From positions 124,001-188,000 of the IMG/VR virus record IMGVR_UViG_3300024239_000015: a DNA stretch of 64,000 nt; one strand, written 5' to 3'. This document shows positions 28,588 to 37,776 of the stretch, in pieces; positions within the stretch are counted from its first letter, which is position 1; every line of letters starts with the position of its first letter. Position numbers and translations under genes: made by a program. Below the pieces are notes generated by a model. That model was not told the origin of the DNA and did not search any database. It saw only the letters and a list, made by a program, of their open reading frames with translations.

Positions 28588-29201
28588 CTAACCATCCGAC
28601 GGAGGTGGAGGTGGGCGTAGATTGTACTCGTCGTCAGTGGTAGGTTTGGCTCTTCCTTTGGAGTGTCGTAAGTCGGCTAGTTTGCTCACGAGTGAACCCG
28701 CAGGTGTGGACTCGACCACCGCTTGCATCAACGCTTTAGTTTCGTCGTTGATAATCCCAAAGTACTTCCACATCACAAACCCTGGAACGATATACGGTAA
28801 TACCATTTGTTCCCAATCCGGTAAGGTCTTTGTGTGATAACTCACCCAGAGAATCATCCCGGTGTACGCGAGTGTCAGCACGGTGACTAAGAAACACATC
28901 CCTATCGCGACTAACGGTTTTAAGATCTTTCCCGATCTAGACCGTTCGAGTTGTGTTCTTGCTTCTTTACGCTGACGTTCTGATTCCAAACCGTCGTTAA
29001 GTTCCCACGCAAGTATCTTTTTCTGGTGGTAACTTTCGAGCGTTTCGATTAAGTCTCTGGCTTGGTTTCCAGTGAGCTCTTTATACGAATGTTTGAGTGT
29101 GGTGTGTTTGTTAATCTCTTCGACTAACATCGCTCCTTCTGGGAGCGCGGAGCGAAGGTATTCGTCTCCCAACAGTGTTAAATAACGGTCTACCTTCATC
29201 A
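28588..29201 (-). CDS. Membrane protein with two central TM helices (holin-like candidate)
   Basis: LVAIGMCFLVTVLTLAYTGMILW and MVLPYIVPGFVMW; CAGGAG RBS before ATG 29201. Confidence 0.65.
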
Positions 29202-29240
29202 TAGCTCTCCTGATCCTAAACACAGGATTGGACAAAAAAG

Positions 29241-29260
29241 AAAGGACCCGAAGGTCCTTT
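29241..29260 (-). terminator. Intrinsic terminator (UUCG loop)
   Basis: aaaggacc-cgaa-ggtccttt plus T run. Confidence 0.85.
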
Positions 29261-29268
29261 GCTTTTGT

Positions 29269-29703
29269 TTACCGACCATTAACGCCACGCTGCGGCCACA
29301 CAAGCGTTCCGAAAGAGACCGGATCGATGCTCTGTGGAGCCCTAAATTCTATCGGCGGTTTACCCTGAGCTGGAACTTTAATCCGAGCAGCGGTAGCTGA
29401 CACATACACCGACGAGTGAGTGTCTGTAAAGTCATCCATGTCCAGAATATCCGCCGCGGTGGTACAACGAGTCGTGTCAAGTTTTGCACTATTACCCATC
29501 AATACTTTTGCTGTGAGTGGGTGGTCCGTAGCGATTTGTAGTAGACCGCTTTTGGTAATACCTGACACCAGACGGTCACCTTTCTCGGTAGCGAATGACC
29601 CACCGCCGATATCACACTCCTTCACACCACTCTTGTCTTCCCGTGTTGAGCTGATTTGCACCGCCCAACGTTTGAGAAGCCGGTTGAAGTCCACTTCACT
29701 CAT
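29269..29703 (-). CDS. Hypothetical protein
   Basis: Start MSEVDFNRLL at 29703 behind GGAG, overlapping the ATPase stop. Confidence 0.65.
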   Translation of the reverse strand: MSEVDFNRLLKRWAVQISSTREDKSGVKECDIGGGSFATEKGDRLVSGITKSGLLQIATDHPLTAKVLMGNSAKLDTTRCTTAADILDMDDFTDTHSSVYVSATAARIKVPAQGKPPIEFRAPQSIDPVSFGTLVWPQRGVNGR

Positions 29704-30823
29704 CCGCCGACTCCGTTTCCTTCTCTGGGTAAAGTACCTGGACTTCAACCGGTGGTCTGTAGTCACTGAGCACACCCACACCTAACGTCTTGACGTGAAT
29801 GTAGTACTTCACCTTCGACGGAAGATTCGCAGCGTTAGACGTACGGATCGTGCTGTACTCACCGCCACGCCCTACTTCAGGTAACCCGTACTCAACGTCC
29901 AGCTCCCGAATGCGACTGCCTGTTTCCGTAACAAAGTACAGGATCGCATTTTTGGCGTCACGACGATCCATCGCATAACCCCAACCTTTCGGTAAAGGAT
30001 TTTCTGGATCAAACGCAATGCCCCATTCTACGTTCACCCACACTGGACGAGGCACGTTCATGACGTTCAGCAGATAGCCTAAGTCATAACGACCACCGAA
30101 CGATTGAATCTGGCGAATAAGATCAATCAGCATATTCGGACTTAACGCCTGTTGGTCTACGTAATCCAGCAAGAACTCGCCAGTTTCAGGATCTACGATC
30201 AAGTCATCGATGATTTCTTTTGCTTCTGAGCGTTTAAGCACGCTGTACTCAAAGCGGAACAAGAAACGTCCTGTGCGATTTAAAAACGCATCAGGAAGTT
30301 TATCCACCTCGTTCTGTGTGATCAAGAACAACGCTTTTTGGATCTTCGCGTCACTGAAGAACGTCAGCAAGTCGTCCTGCTCGGCTTTCTCCGCGTAGCG
30401 TTTGTTGAACTCATCAAACAGAAACACGCACTCGCCGTTGACCAACTCATACAGGAAGGTCAGCATAGACGCAGGTACGGTGTGGTCAATCACAAACACA
30501 GGGTGTCCGTTCTTCACCGCTTCATTACACAAGTCATACGCTAATACGGATTTCCCCGTACCTTTCATCCCCAGTAACAACACACCCACCGACTCCACAC
30601 GACGACTGAGTGTGTCTAAGATCAGCTCTTTACGGCGGTGGTGATCGCCGTAGATCTTAGTGGGCATTGGGTAGGGGTCAACGTGAATCAACGCTACAGT
30701 TTTGTCGGTGGTTTGCAAACGATACATCGCGGCTGGTAAGCGCTCTGTGGTAGGAGCTGGGTGGAAGTGTTCGACTAACACACCGTTGTTCATCTGTACT
30801 AAACGAATATTTTTATTAGACAT
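29696..30823 (-). CDS. AAA+ ATPase
   Basis: Walker A GMKGTGKS, Walker B VFLFDEF, sensor TQN, arginine finger NRTGRF. Confidence 0.88.
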   Translation of the reverse strand: MSNKNIRLVQMNNGVLVEHFHPAPTTERLPAAMYRLQTTDKTVALIHVDPYPMPTKIYGDHHRRKELILDTLSRRVESVGVLLLGMKGTGKSVLAYDLCNEAVKNGHPVFVIDHTVPASMLTFLYELVNGECVFLFDEFNKRYAEKAEQDDLLTFFSDAKIQKALFLITQNEVDKLPDAFLNRTGRFLFRFEYSVLKRSEAKEIIDDLIVDPETGEFLLDYVDQQALSPNMLIDLIRQIQSFGGRYDLGYLLNVMNVPRPVWVNVEWGIAFDPENPLPKGWGYAMDRRDAKNAILYFVTETGSRIRELDVEYGLPEVGRGGEYSTIRTSNAANLPSKVKYYIHVKTLGVGVLSDYRPPVEVQVLYPEKETESADE

Positions 30824-30857
30824 GACCTGCACCTTTTATTTGAGAATGGGAGCATAA

Positions 30858-30879
30858 AGGGAGAGTCTGTACTCTCCCT
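30858..30879 (-). terminator. Intrinsic terminator
   Basis: agggagagt/actctccct followed by TTATGC. Confidence 0.75.
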
Positions 30880-30884
30880 CTGGA

Positions 30885-31796
30885 TTAACGTGTTAACACG
30901 TCGATTAAGTTTTCGAATGTTTTATGTGGGACTTCAATCAAGCGATCCAGTAAAGGACCTCCGTTTTCCAACACTTCACGGTGGTTCTGATCGGAGTACA
31001 CCACTTTCGCAACCGCTAGGTCGATGAGACGTCTGGTGTCACGAGTACCCCAGTTGTCTGCGTGGTCGCTACTTTGGACTTCGGCATACGGTCTGCAGGT
31101 TTCTGCAACCGTTTTATGTTGTCCTCTGATATCGTACCATGCGTCACCGATTTTAGAGTACACGTGACCTTCTACAGGGTCGTACCAAGCAGCGACCACG
31201 TCACCAAAGATCGACTTCAGGATTTTGTAGAAGTTCCAGCACTGCCCTTCTGTGTACAGTAACGTAAGATCTGGATGGGATTCGCGAATAGACGTGATGA
31301 TTCCCAGTATCCAACTTTCATTCGGTAGATACTGCTGGTTCTTACTGAAATCCACCGTAGTGACCATTGTCGCATAATTGGCCGATAACGAAACCGCTTC
31401 TCCCAACACCCAATTCGTCGCTTCTTCCGTGGGTACTAAGGTGGTGGTTTCAGTATCGTAGTTCCAGACCGGTTCACTCGCCTGTTTTGTCGGCGTTACA
31501 TTTTTCGCAGGAGACTTTAACAAGTCGTCAAGAGGGTGTTTGCCGTCGTAACAAAGCATGGCGAGAGTATCCAATTCATCGGTTAACGTCTTCCACGTTT
31601 GCTGTAACCAGAACCTCCCACCGACGTAGGTAGATACACGGTTGGGGACTAAACCCGACGTTAAGTACTCGTTGGCGCGAGCAACAACTTTCACCGACTC
31701 ACAGTACTCCAAAGCTTGCTCCAGAAACCGTTTGAGTCTCGGATCTTCTACTGGTGTCACGGCCGACACTACGATGTATAAAGGTAATTTAGTCAT
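30885..31796 (-). CDS. Hypothetical protein with C-terminal Cys-His-Asp module
   Basis: YTEGQCWNFY...EGHVY...WYDIRG. Confidence 0.7.
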   Translation of the reverse strand: MTKLPLYIVVSAVTPVEDPRLKRFLEQALEYCESVKVVARANEYLTSGLVPNRVSTYVGGRFWLQQTWKTLTDELDTLAMLCYDGKHPLDDLLKSPAKNVTPTKQASEPVWNYDTETTTLVPTEEATNWVLGEAVSLSANYATMVTTVDFSKNQQYLPNESWILGIITSIRESHPDLTLLYTEGQCWNFYKILKSIFGDVVAAWYDPVEGHVYSKIGDAWYDIRGQHKTVAETCRPYAEVQSSDHADNWGTRDTRRLIDLAVAKVVYSDQNHREVLENGGPLLDRLIEVPHKTFENLIDVLTR

Positions 31797-32244
31797 CGAT
31801 TTCAGTTCCTGAGTTATTCGCTAAGTCATCCACCGTACCTACGTGACGTACGGTTTGATTCACCACCCCTTGCGTGGGCACTAAACCAAAGACGTGAGTG
31901 TAGAACACACCTTGCTCATCTGACATCTGCACCACACAGGACAGAAAGTCAGAACCCGCTACAGCGTGAGTAGATACGACGGTCCCCGTTTTGATGTGCT
32001 GTTTAGGCACGTCTAAAAACTTCTTCAACACTTCAGCTGCACGATCCGCCGAAACATCCGCACTTACAAAGAACACTTGCTCAGCAGCGCCTTGCGCAGA
32101 GTGCGCGATTAACGCTAACGCTCCTTGCTGTGCTTCTGAGTTAAACACCACAAACTTCCCACCGATTCGAAAGGTGGCAGCAATGGGTGTCGCTTCATCG
32201 ATTTCACGACGTAACTGAGCGGTGTTGAATGATGTTGCTAACAT
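31789..32244 (-). CDS. Hypothetical protein
   Basis: 151-aa ORF, AAGGAG RBS. Confidence 0.7.
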   Translation of the reverse strand: MLATSFNTAQLRREIDEATPIAATFRIGGKFVVFNSEAQQGALALIAHSAQGAAEQVFFVSADVSADRAAEVLKKFLDVPKQHIKTGTVVSTHAVAGSDFLSCVVQMSDEQGVFYTHVFGLVPTQGVVNQTVRHVGTVDDLANNSGTEIDD

Positions 32245-32257
32245 AGGTCGAACTCCT

Positions 32258-32644
32258 TTAGCGCAAAGAAAGCAGAGCGCGAAGCTCTGCTATGTTTTTT
32301 AGTGTGTGTTTCAGATCAGCCATTTGTTGTTCGTACATCAGGCCAAGTTGGGTAGACGTGTAACGTCCGGTGGATACAAAGTGAAGCTGTGCGATTTGTT
32401 TCTCGATTTCCAGTAGTCGATCCAGTGCGGGAACCACACAAGGAAAATCGTCTTCACTCACCGCACAGAACAGACGCCAGTACATCACCGCCATCTGTAA
32501 GTAAATCCAGCTGTTAGGAAAGATCCATGGGAGGTCCGTTCCTACTTTCTGTGTATACTTTAGATTGTACCACATACTCTTGAAACTGACTAGAAGGAAC
32601 AATTTCACGAGGTGATACACAATCCCTAAACCGTACATACCCAC
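32258..32644 (-). CDS. Hypothetical protein
   Basis: 128-aa ORF. Confidence 0.65.
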   Translation of the reverse strand: MGMYGLGIVYHLVKLFLLVSFKSMWYNLKYTQKVGTDLPWIFPNSWIYLQMAVMYWRLFCAVSEDDFPCVVPALDRLLEIEKQIAQLHFVSTGRYTSTQLGLMYEQQMADLKHTLKNIAELRALLSLR

Positions 32645-32649
32645 CTCCC

Positions 32650-32892
32650 TTAATGCACACGTTGAGGTGTGTATTGTTTAATGTACGTCAACGCCATCTG
32701 GATAGTCGCGATCCAATCTTCGGAATCCGACAAGCCACGACGGTATGCATGAACGTGGTCAAATGCAAGAAGCGAGCAAAGCGTTGCTACGTCGTCCAGC
32801 ACACGTAAGAGTTCTGGGTGCTTGTGCACACCGACGATTAGACGCTGGTGCTCTGCGCTACACTGTAAAACTAAAGCGGTTGAATGTTTCAT
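32650..32892 (-). CDS. Hypothetical protein
   Basis: 80-aa ORF after the promoter-like motif. Confidence 0.6.
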   Translation of the reverse strand: MKHSTALVLQCSAEHQRLIVGVHKHPELLRVLDDVATLCSLLAFDHVHAYRRGLSDSEDWIATIQMALTYIKQYTPQRVH

Positions 32893-32954
32893 GGGTAAAA
32901 TCCTTCAATAAAGAAAAGTCCTGTGAGCGGAGTTTACAACTCCTACTCACTGGG

Positions 32955-32980
32955 ATATTAAATACCTATAAAACATTCGA
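32955..32980 (-). promoter_or_regulatory. 26-bp phage promoter-like motif
   Basis: atattaaatacctataaaacattcga. Confidence 0.75.
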
Positions 32981-32985
32981 TTCGG

Positions 32986-33411
32986 TTACTTAGGTAGAGT
33001 CAGCCCACTTAAGACGTCGACTACGAACTTACGATCACTGGGGTCGATTTGCCGTACTAAGTCAATCGCTTTGAGTAACGTCAAGTCGTCTACTCCTACG
33101 AACTCTGCTTTGTGATCACGTAAGGTCTGTTTGAACGACTCTAAACTTTGGTACAGGTTTAAGAACTTCGGGAGTCCGTAGATTGCACAGAGTATCCCAG
33201 CCACGTAAGTAGGGTGGTAATGGCTAGGCACCACGTAACGTATCCCTAATACTCCGGTCTTTACTTTCTTTAAGGTAAAACGGAATCCATTCCGAAGTCC
33301 AGCACTGTACTGTGGGTCTTTGGGCAAAACGATTTCATTGACCTTTTCAGTAGGGACTTCTAGACTACGATCTAGGTGTAATTCATCCACAGCGCACCTC
33401 CAACTCAGCAA
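32986..33411 (-). CDS. Hypothetical protein
   Basis: ORF overlapping the tmk stop; the exact start is uncertain. Confidence 0.65.
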   Translation of the reverse strand: MLSWRCAVDELHLDRSLEVPTEKVNEIVLPKDPQYSAGLRNGFRFTLKKVKTGVLGIRYVVPSHYHPTYVAGILCAIYGLPKFLNLYQSLESFKQTLRDHKAEFVGVDDLTLLKAIDLVRQIDPSDRKFVVDVLSGLTLPK

Positions 33412-34039
33412 GCTTAGACAGTAGCTCTTTCTGTACGTCCTCTATAGGGGCCTCAGCGTTCACTACAACGCATGCAGCTGCAGTTTGATCCAATCCCATA
33501 GCCTCACTGGTAAACATCGCTCTAAACTCGTTACAGACGCGTTTAAAGAACTCCGAACCCCTACGTTCGATCATGTCCATCCCTGTGGCGTTTCTACGTC
33601 GTTCTAAAGCCGTTTCTACCGAACAGTCTAAGTAGATCACCACGTCAGGTCGGTAGTCGTCCAAACCAGACCACACGAGTTCTTCCACTTGTGCTACTTC
33701 ATCCGGAATGCCTAACCCAGCGCCTTGATACGCTCGTGTGCTCCAGACAAATCGATCGTAGATCACGTCCCACCCAGCGTCCAGTGCAGGAATCGCTACT
33801 TCAGTCAACGCTTCTCTACGAGAGGCTGCAAAGAGTAGTAGCTCAGTAATCGGTGTCCGTGGGTACTCCGTACTTTTCAAGATTCGACGAATCTCTGTAC
33901 CGATGACGGTTTGACCGGGCTCTGCGACGACAAGCACCGCTCTGCCGTTTTGTTCTAAGTGCTGTTTGAGTAGCTCGATCTGTGTACCTTTCCCACAACC
34001 ATCTAACCCTTCTACTACGTAAAACGTACCTTTCTCCAT
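33383..34039 (-). CDS. tmk: Thymidylate (dTMP) kinase
   Basis: P-loop VVEGLDGCGKGTQ, EP-G, ELLLFAASR, YDRFVWSTRAYQG. Confidence 0.95.
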   Translation of the reverse strand: MEKGTFYVVEGLDGCGKGTQIELLKQHLEQNGRAVLVVAEPGQTVIGTEIRRILKSTEYPRTPITELLLFAASRREALTEVAIPALDAGWDVIYDRFVWSTRAYQGAGLGIPDEVAQVEELVWSGLDDYRPDVVIYLDCSVETALERRRNATGMDMIERRGSEFFKRVCNEFRAMFTSEAMGLDQTAAACVVVNAEAPIEDVQKELLSKLAELEVRCG

Positions 34040-34122
34040 TTTCTAAAACCTCTTGTGTCAGATTACAAGTTTACTCGCTGGGGTAAAATAAAACGGCATA
34101 GAAGGAGGGTTTCCCCTCCACT

Positions 34123-34713
34123 CTAGCGACGTAACTGCAGAGCAAAGGTTGTGGCTGACCAGTACCCTACTGCAATGGCATCGTACGTGTGTTCATCTAA
34201 CTCCAGAAAAGGAACTGAAGGATGGATAAACAACCGTCCTGCGTCTACCAACGCACGGATGGACTCTTGTACGTTTTCTTTCGACCCTTTACGCGTCAGT
34301 GCCCCTACGGACAGTTTCGCTGTAGGAGGATCTACAAACTGTACTTGGAGTGAAGGATCATACCCAAGCACAGTGTGGGTAATTACATTACAGCATTCCA
34401 CCAACGCAGCGTACGCTTGAGGGAAACGCCCCATAAAAGGGGCTTCACTCGCCACGACGTGTGGTTGGTATTGAAACAACAACTGTTGTAGGTTCTGTCG
34501 ATGGTAGTCTAGTTTGATGGCACGTTGTCCTATACTCCACTGTAAGGAAGAGTCAAAGTCTGCGTACCGATCCGCGCTAAAGGTTCCACCGTACACCAGG
34601 GTGATTCTCCCACTGACTAAACAGAGTTCTATCCACGCTACGCCCAGGGTGTTCGTCCCTGGGTCGAGGGCGAGGATACGTAACGGTTCTGTAGTAAAGT
34701 GTGCGTTCAACAT
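34123..34713 (-). CDS. ruvC: RuvC-like Holliday junction resolvase
   Basis: ILALDPGTNTLG, VASEAPF, EHTYDAIAVGY: RNase H-fold acidic tetrad. Confidence 0.85.
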   Translation of the reverse strand: MLNAHFTTEPLRILALDPGTNTLGVAWIELCLVSGRITLVYGGTFSADRYADFDSSLQWSIGQRAIKLDYHRQNLQQLLFQYQPHVVASEAPFMGRFPQAYAALVECCNVITHTVLGYDPSLQVQFVDPPTAKLSVGALTRKGSKENVQESIRALVDAGRLFIHPSVPFLELDEHTYDAIAVGYWSATTFALQLRR

Positions 34714-35570
34714 TACTCTTCAATTAACATTGGTTCGGTAGCACCAATGTCAAACGTCATGTCAAAACCCGTACTTACAAACGCTAAACTGTAGTACGTC
34801 GAGATAAAGTGAGTGATCTGCACACCGACTGCCTCGTTGAACGGAATGGTAGCACCCCCCGTGGTTTGTACGTTCACCACACGGTCTAACCCACTACACA
34901 CAGCAATCTCAGACACCACAGAGAACAGTGGATCTCCGTAGAGTACGCTACAGACGTTGTAGTACTCTTGAACGTCTTGTGCACTGAACACCACAGGCAC
35001 TGGAGAGCTGACTTCTAGAAAGTCACCGTCTTCTAATGCTGGGGTAGACGTACTCGGTGGGAGCACTGGTTGTGTAGGAGACAGATCCCCACTGTTCGGC
35101 ACAAACGGCACTGAGTTCTCCACACCCCCTACTACGGTCGTTAACGAGTAGTCAATCGTGGTGTTCGACAGATCCAACCGTTTTAAGTAGTACGCGTAGT
35201 ACTGTAAACCACCGTGTTCTTCTTGACGACGTAACGCGTATTTGTTTCGCTCTACTTCCGGTAAGTCATCGGTGATTAACCGTAAAACAAAAGGCACGAT
35301 TTCAAACGGTGCGGCATCACGTGGACGGTGTTTCACTGGTGCATCATATCCTACCCCACTTTCAGTGTGGTTTAAACGCCGTGTGCCTTTACGACCAATC
35401 GCGTAGTAGCCTACCTGTGGGTAGACGCCTGCTGCAATCGTAGAAGGGTGTTGGATGGCTAACGCTTGGTTTAATGTAGAGTTAGGCAGTATCGTGTACG
35501 GTCGACGTAACAACAAAGCATTCTGGAGTCCTGCCCCATAGACGGTCCGCGTAATAATTTCGCTGGCCAT
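34713..35570 (-). CDS. Conserved phiKZ-like virion (baseplate) structural protein
   Basis: 285-aa ORF in conserved jumbo-phage position (recalled synteny). Confidence 0.6.
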   Translation of the reverse strand: MASEIITRTVYGAGLQNALLLRRPYTILPNSTLNQALAIQHPSTIAAGVYPQVGYYAIGRKGTRRLNHTESGVGYDAPVKHRPRDAAPFEIVPFVLRLITDDLPEVERNKYALRRQEEHGGLQYYAYYLKRLDLSNTTIDYSLTTVVGGVENSVPFVPNSGDLSPTQPVLPPSTSTPALEDGDFLEVSSPVPVVFSAQDVQEYYNVCSVLYGDPLFSVVSEIAVCSGLDRVVNVQTTGGATIPFNEAVGVQITHFISTYYSLAFVSTGFDMTFDIGATEPMLIEE

Positions 35571-35625
35571 TGATCACCTCAATTCTGTTTTATAAGTAAA
35601 AATGGACTAAATGACATACGATGGT

Positions 35626-37731
35626 TTAGGTGTTGTCTCGCACACGCAAGATGCGACTCTCAGAGAGTGCTAACCGATACCGTGTCCCGACTCGTGTTTG
35701 GGGTTGGAGTTGCAGCTGAGTTTCTGCGCGTAGACGATGAGGCGTATACGTCATTCCTAACCGTAAGGTAGAGGCACGACCTACGTCTGTTTTCACAACA
35801 CTGTACGTACGACACCGCACAGACAGTGGAGTGATGTCCGCTTGGTGGAGCATGCTCTCTCCAGACACTACACTCTGGATGTTGTCGATCCGAGCACGTA
35901 ATACTTCCAGTGCAATAGCTGAGCTGGAATTGATCGTGGGGATAAACTGATTTGAGTATGCGCTCAGTGCTGCTGTGACTGCCAGTAACGACTTCTGCAA
36001 TTCGGCTAGAGTCAGTTCAGAGTTGACGTCCGCTCCAGTAGCGAGACGAATGGTTTCCTCTAACGTCAGTTGGATGTCAGAGTCATTAAGTAAATGTAAG
36101 TTCCATCCACGGCTAGTGAAAAACTCTTCAAACGTCGTTGGCGTGTCTACAAACACACACGTCGCTTTTCGATAACACCGATTCGTGGTTTCTTCAAGCT
36201 GTCCTCGTTTGACGTGACGTTCTTCTCGAGTGAACTGACGATGGTGCAGTAACATCCGTTGGTGGATTTCCCCACAGAGGAAATAGAACGCTTCAGTAGA
36301 CACCACAAACTCAATAGGGATCAAGTCTGAAAGTGTTTCTTGAATGTCAGCGTCTGTTAAACGAGACGACATGCTCTGGAGTTCACTGGTGGTTGGTGGT
36401 ACACGACGTCGTACGAAGTTGACCTCGTACGGTTGGATCTCTTGCTCCAAGATCTCAAACCCATTCACTCGGTTCATTGCATACACGTACCAGACCGCTG
36501 CTTCTTTGACCGACATCCGGATCAAGTCCCCGTTGTTGGGGTTACGTACAGTGATCACTGCACCGTAGCGTTGGTAAGTACTTAAGAAAATCCAGTGGTC
36601 TAGTAACACGTCAGACAACGCGTACGGTTTACGATTGGTGTTATCCACCATCACAGACTCTAACACTTTCGTTGGTAAAGACGCAAGTCGTGTACGCTCT
36701 AAGTCGTGTCGTACGTTGACCTTCTCTTCAGCGACGTCTTTGTCGTTGTCTCGCGCGTAGGGAATCTGTAACTCAACGATTTCTTCTAAGCTACGGATAC
36801 GGTCGGTGTATGGATTCTCATCGATTCGATTGAGCGCTAACCGATCGAGTTGTAACTCTGGGTATAGGTTGTCCTCTAACCCTTCGGTGAGCTGTTTCAC
36901 GTAGTGCTGACCTAAAGGGATATTCCGTTTAGTCAGTAAGTGTTCTACTAACGTCTGGAAGGTGTGTTCTTTCCCACCGTTGGTACGCAACCACTGCATG
37001 TTCCGATACAACCACAACGCCTGCTCAGTCGTGAGGGCTCTGCGATGCACAGAGAAATTCCCAAAGCCATCCAAGTAATTCCAGATGTGGTAACTGTGCG
37101 CACGATTCGTACGGACATTTTCTTGCCGTACGGTTTCTATCCACGCTGGAACGTGACTGAAGAGTTCTCCATACACGGCAGCTGGATAGCAGTTGTGCGC
37201 AAAGACTTGATCGGAGTCATACCAGCGAGCCAAGTAGCGTTGCATGTACCCTTGCACACGGAGGATCAAGTCGTCTTCTTGGGGTTCTACAAGCGTTCTG
37301 TCCCACGCCAGAATCGTATGGTCTTGTGCAGCAATAGAGACAGACAAAGGGACTGGGTTCAGTATCCCTTTGATCAATAGCACTTGTTCTGGGTACTTAG
37401 CCAATAGCTCGTTGTAAAAACTACCGCCACGACGATACGTCCGTAACGTCAATCGGTGGTCGACTAACGCTGCTTTTGTAAATGGAATCTCCAACGTCGT
37501 GTCTAATGAGATCACAGTCATCGGAGTGTCTAATGGATGGTACTCACCTGCAAGATGTAAATAGTAGCGCCACGTCTGGGGTTGCTCTAAAAGCACGGTC
37601 TGTCCAGTGACGACCGATTCTCGTAAGATCTTGTTGTTCATGGCCATAGCCGTGGCTACCGATTTCACCACGAACGAACGTGCGAGTTGAAATATACCCT
37701 GACGGTATATCTTCTGGTACGAATCGGTCAT
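35626..37731 (-). CDS. Conserved phiKZ-like virion (baseplate) structural protein
   Basis: 701-aa ORF divergent from portal. Confidence 0.6.
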   Translation of the reverse strand: MTDSYQKIYRQGIFQLARSFVVKSVATAMAMNNKILRESVVTGQTVLLEQPQTWRYYLHLAGEYHPLDTPMTVISLDTTLEIPFTKAALVDHRLTLRTYRRGGSFYNELLAKYPEQVLLIKGILNPVPLSVSIAAQDHTILAWDRTLVEPQEDDLILRVQGYMQRYLARWYDSDQVFAHNCYPAAVYGELFSHVPAWIETVRQENVRTNRAHSYHIWNYLDGFGNFSVHRRALTTEQALWLYRNMQWLRTNGGKEHTFQTLVEHLLTKRNIPLGQHYVKQLTEGLEDNLYPELQLDRLALNRIDENPYTDRIRSLEEIVELQIPYARDNDKDVAEEKVNVRHDLERTRLASLPTKVLESVMVDNTNRKPYALSDVLLDHWIFLSTYQRYGAVITVRNPNNGDLIRMSVKEAAVWYVYAMNRVNGFEILEQEIQPYEVNFVRRRVPPTTSELQSMSSRLTDADIQETLSDLIPIEFVVSTEAFYFLCGEIHQRMLLHHRQFTREERHVKRGQLEETTNRCYRKATCVFVDTPTTFEEFFTSRGWNLHLLNDSDIQLTLEETIRLATGADVNSELTLAELQKSLLAVTAALSAYSNQFIPTINSSSAIALEVLRARIDNIQSVVSGESMLHQADITPLSVRCRTYSVVKTDVGRASTLRLGMTYTPHRLRAETQLQLQPQTRVGTRYRLALSESRILRVRDNT

Positions 37732-37776
37732 TTATTGGTTCTCTCTTTTTTAAAAAAACACAGAAAGGTTCCACTC

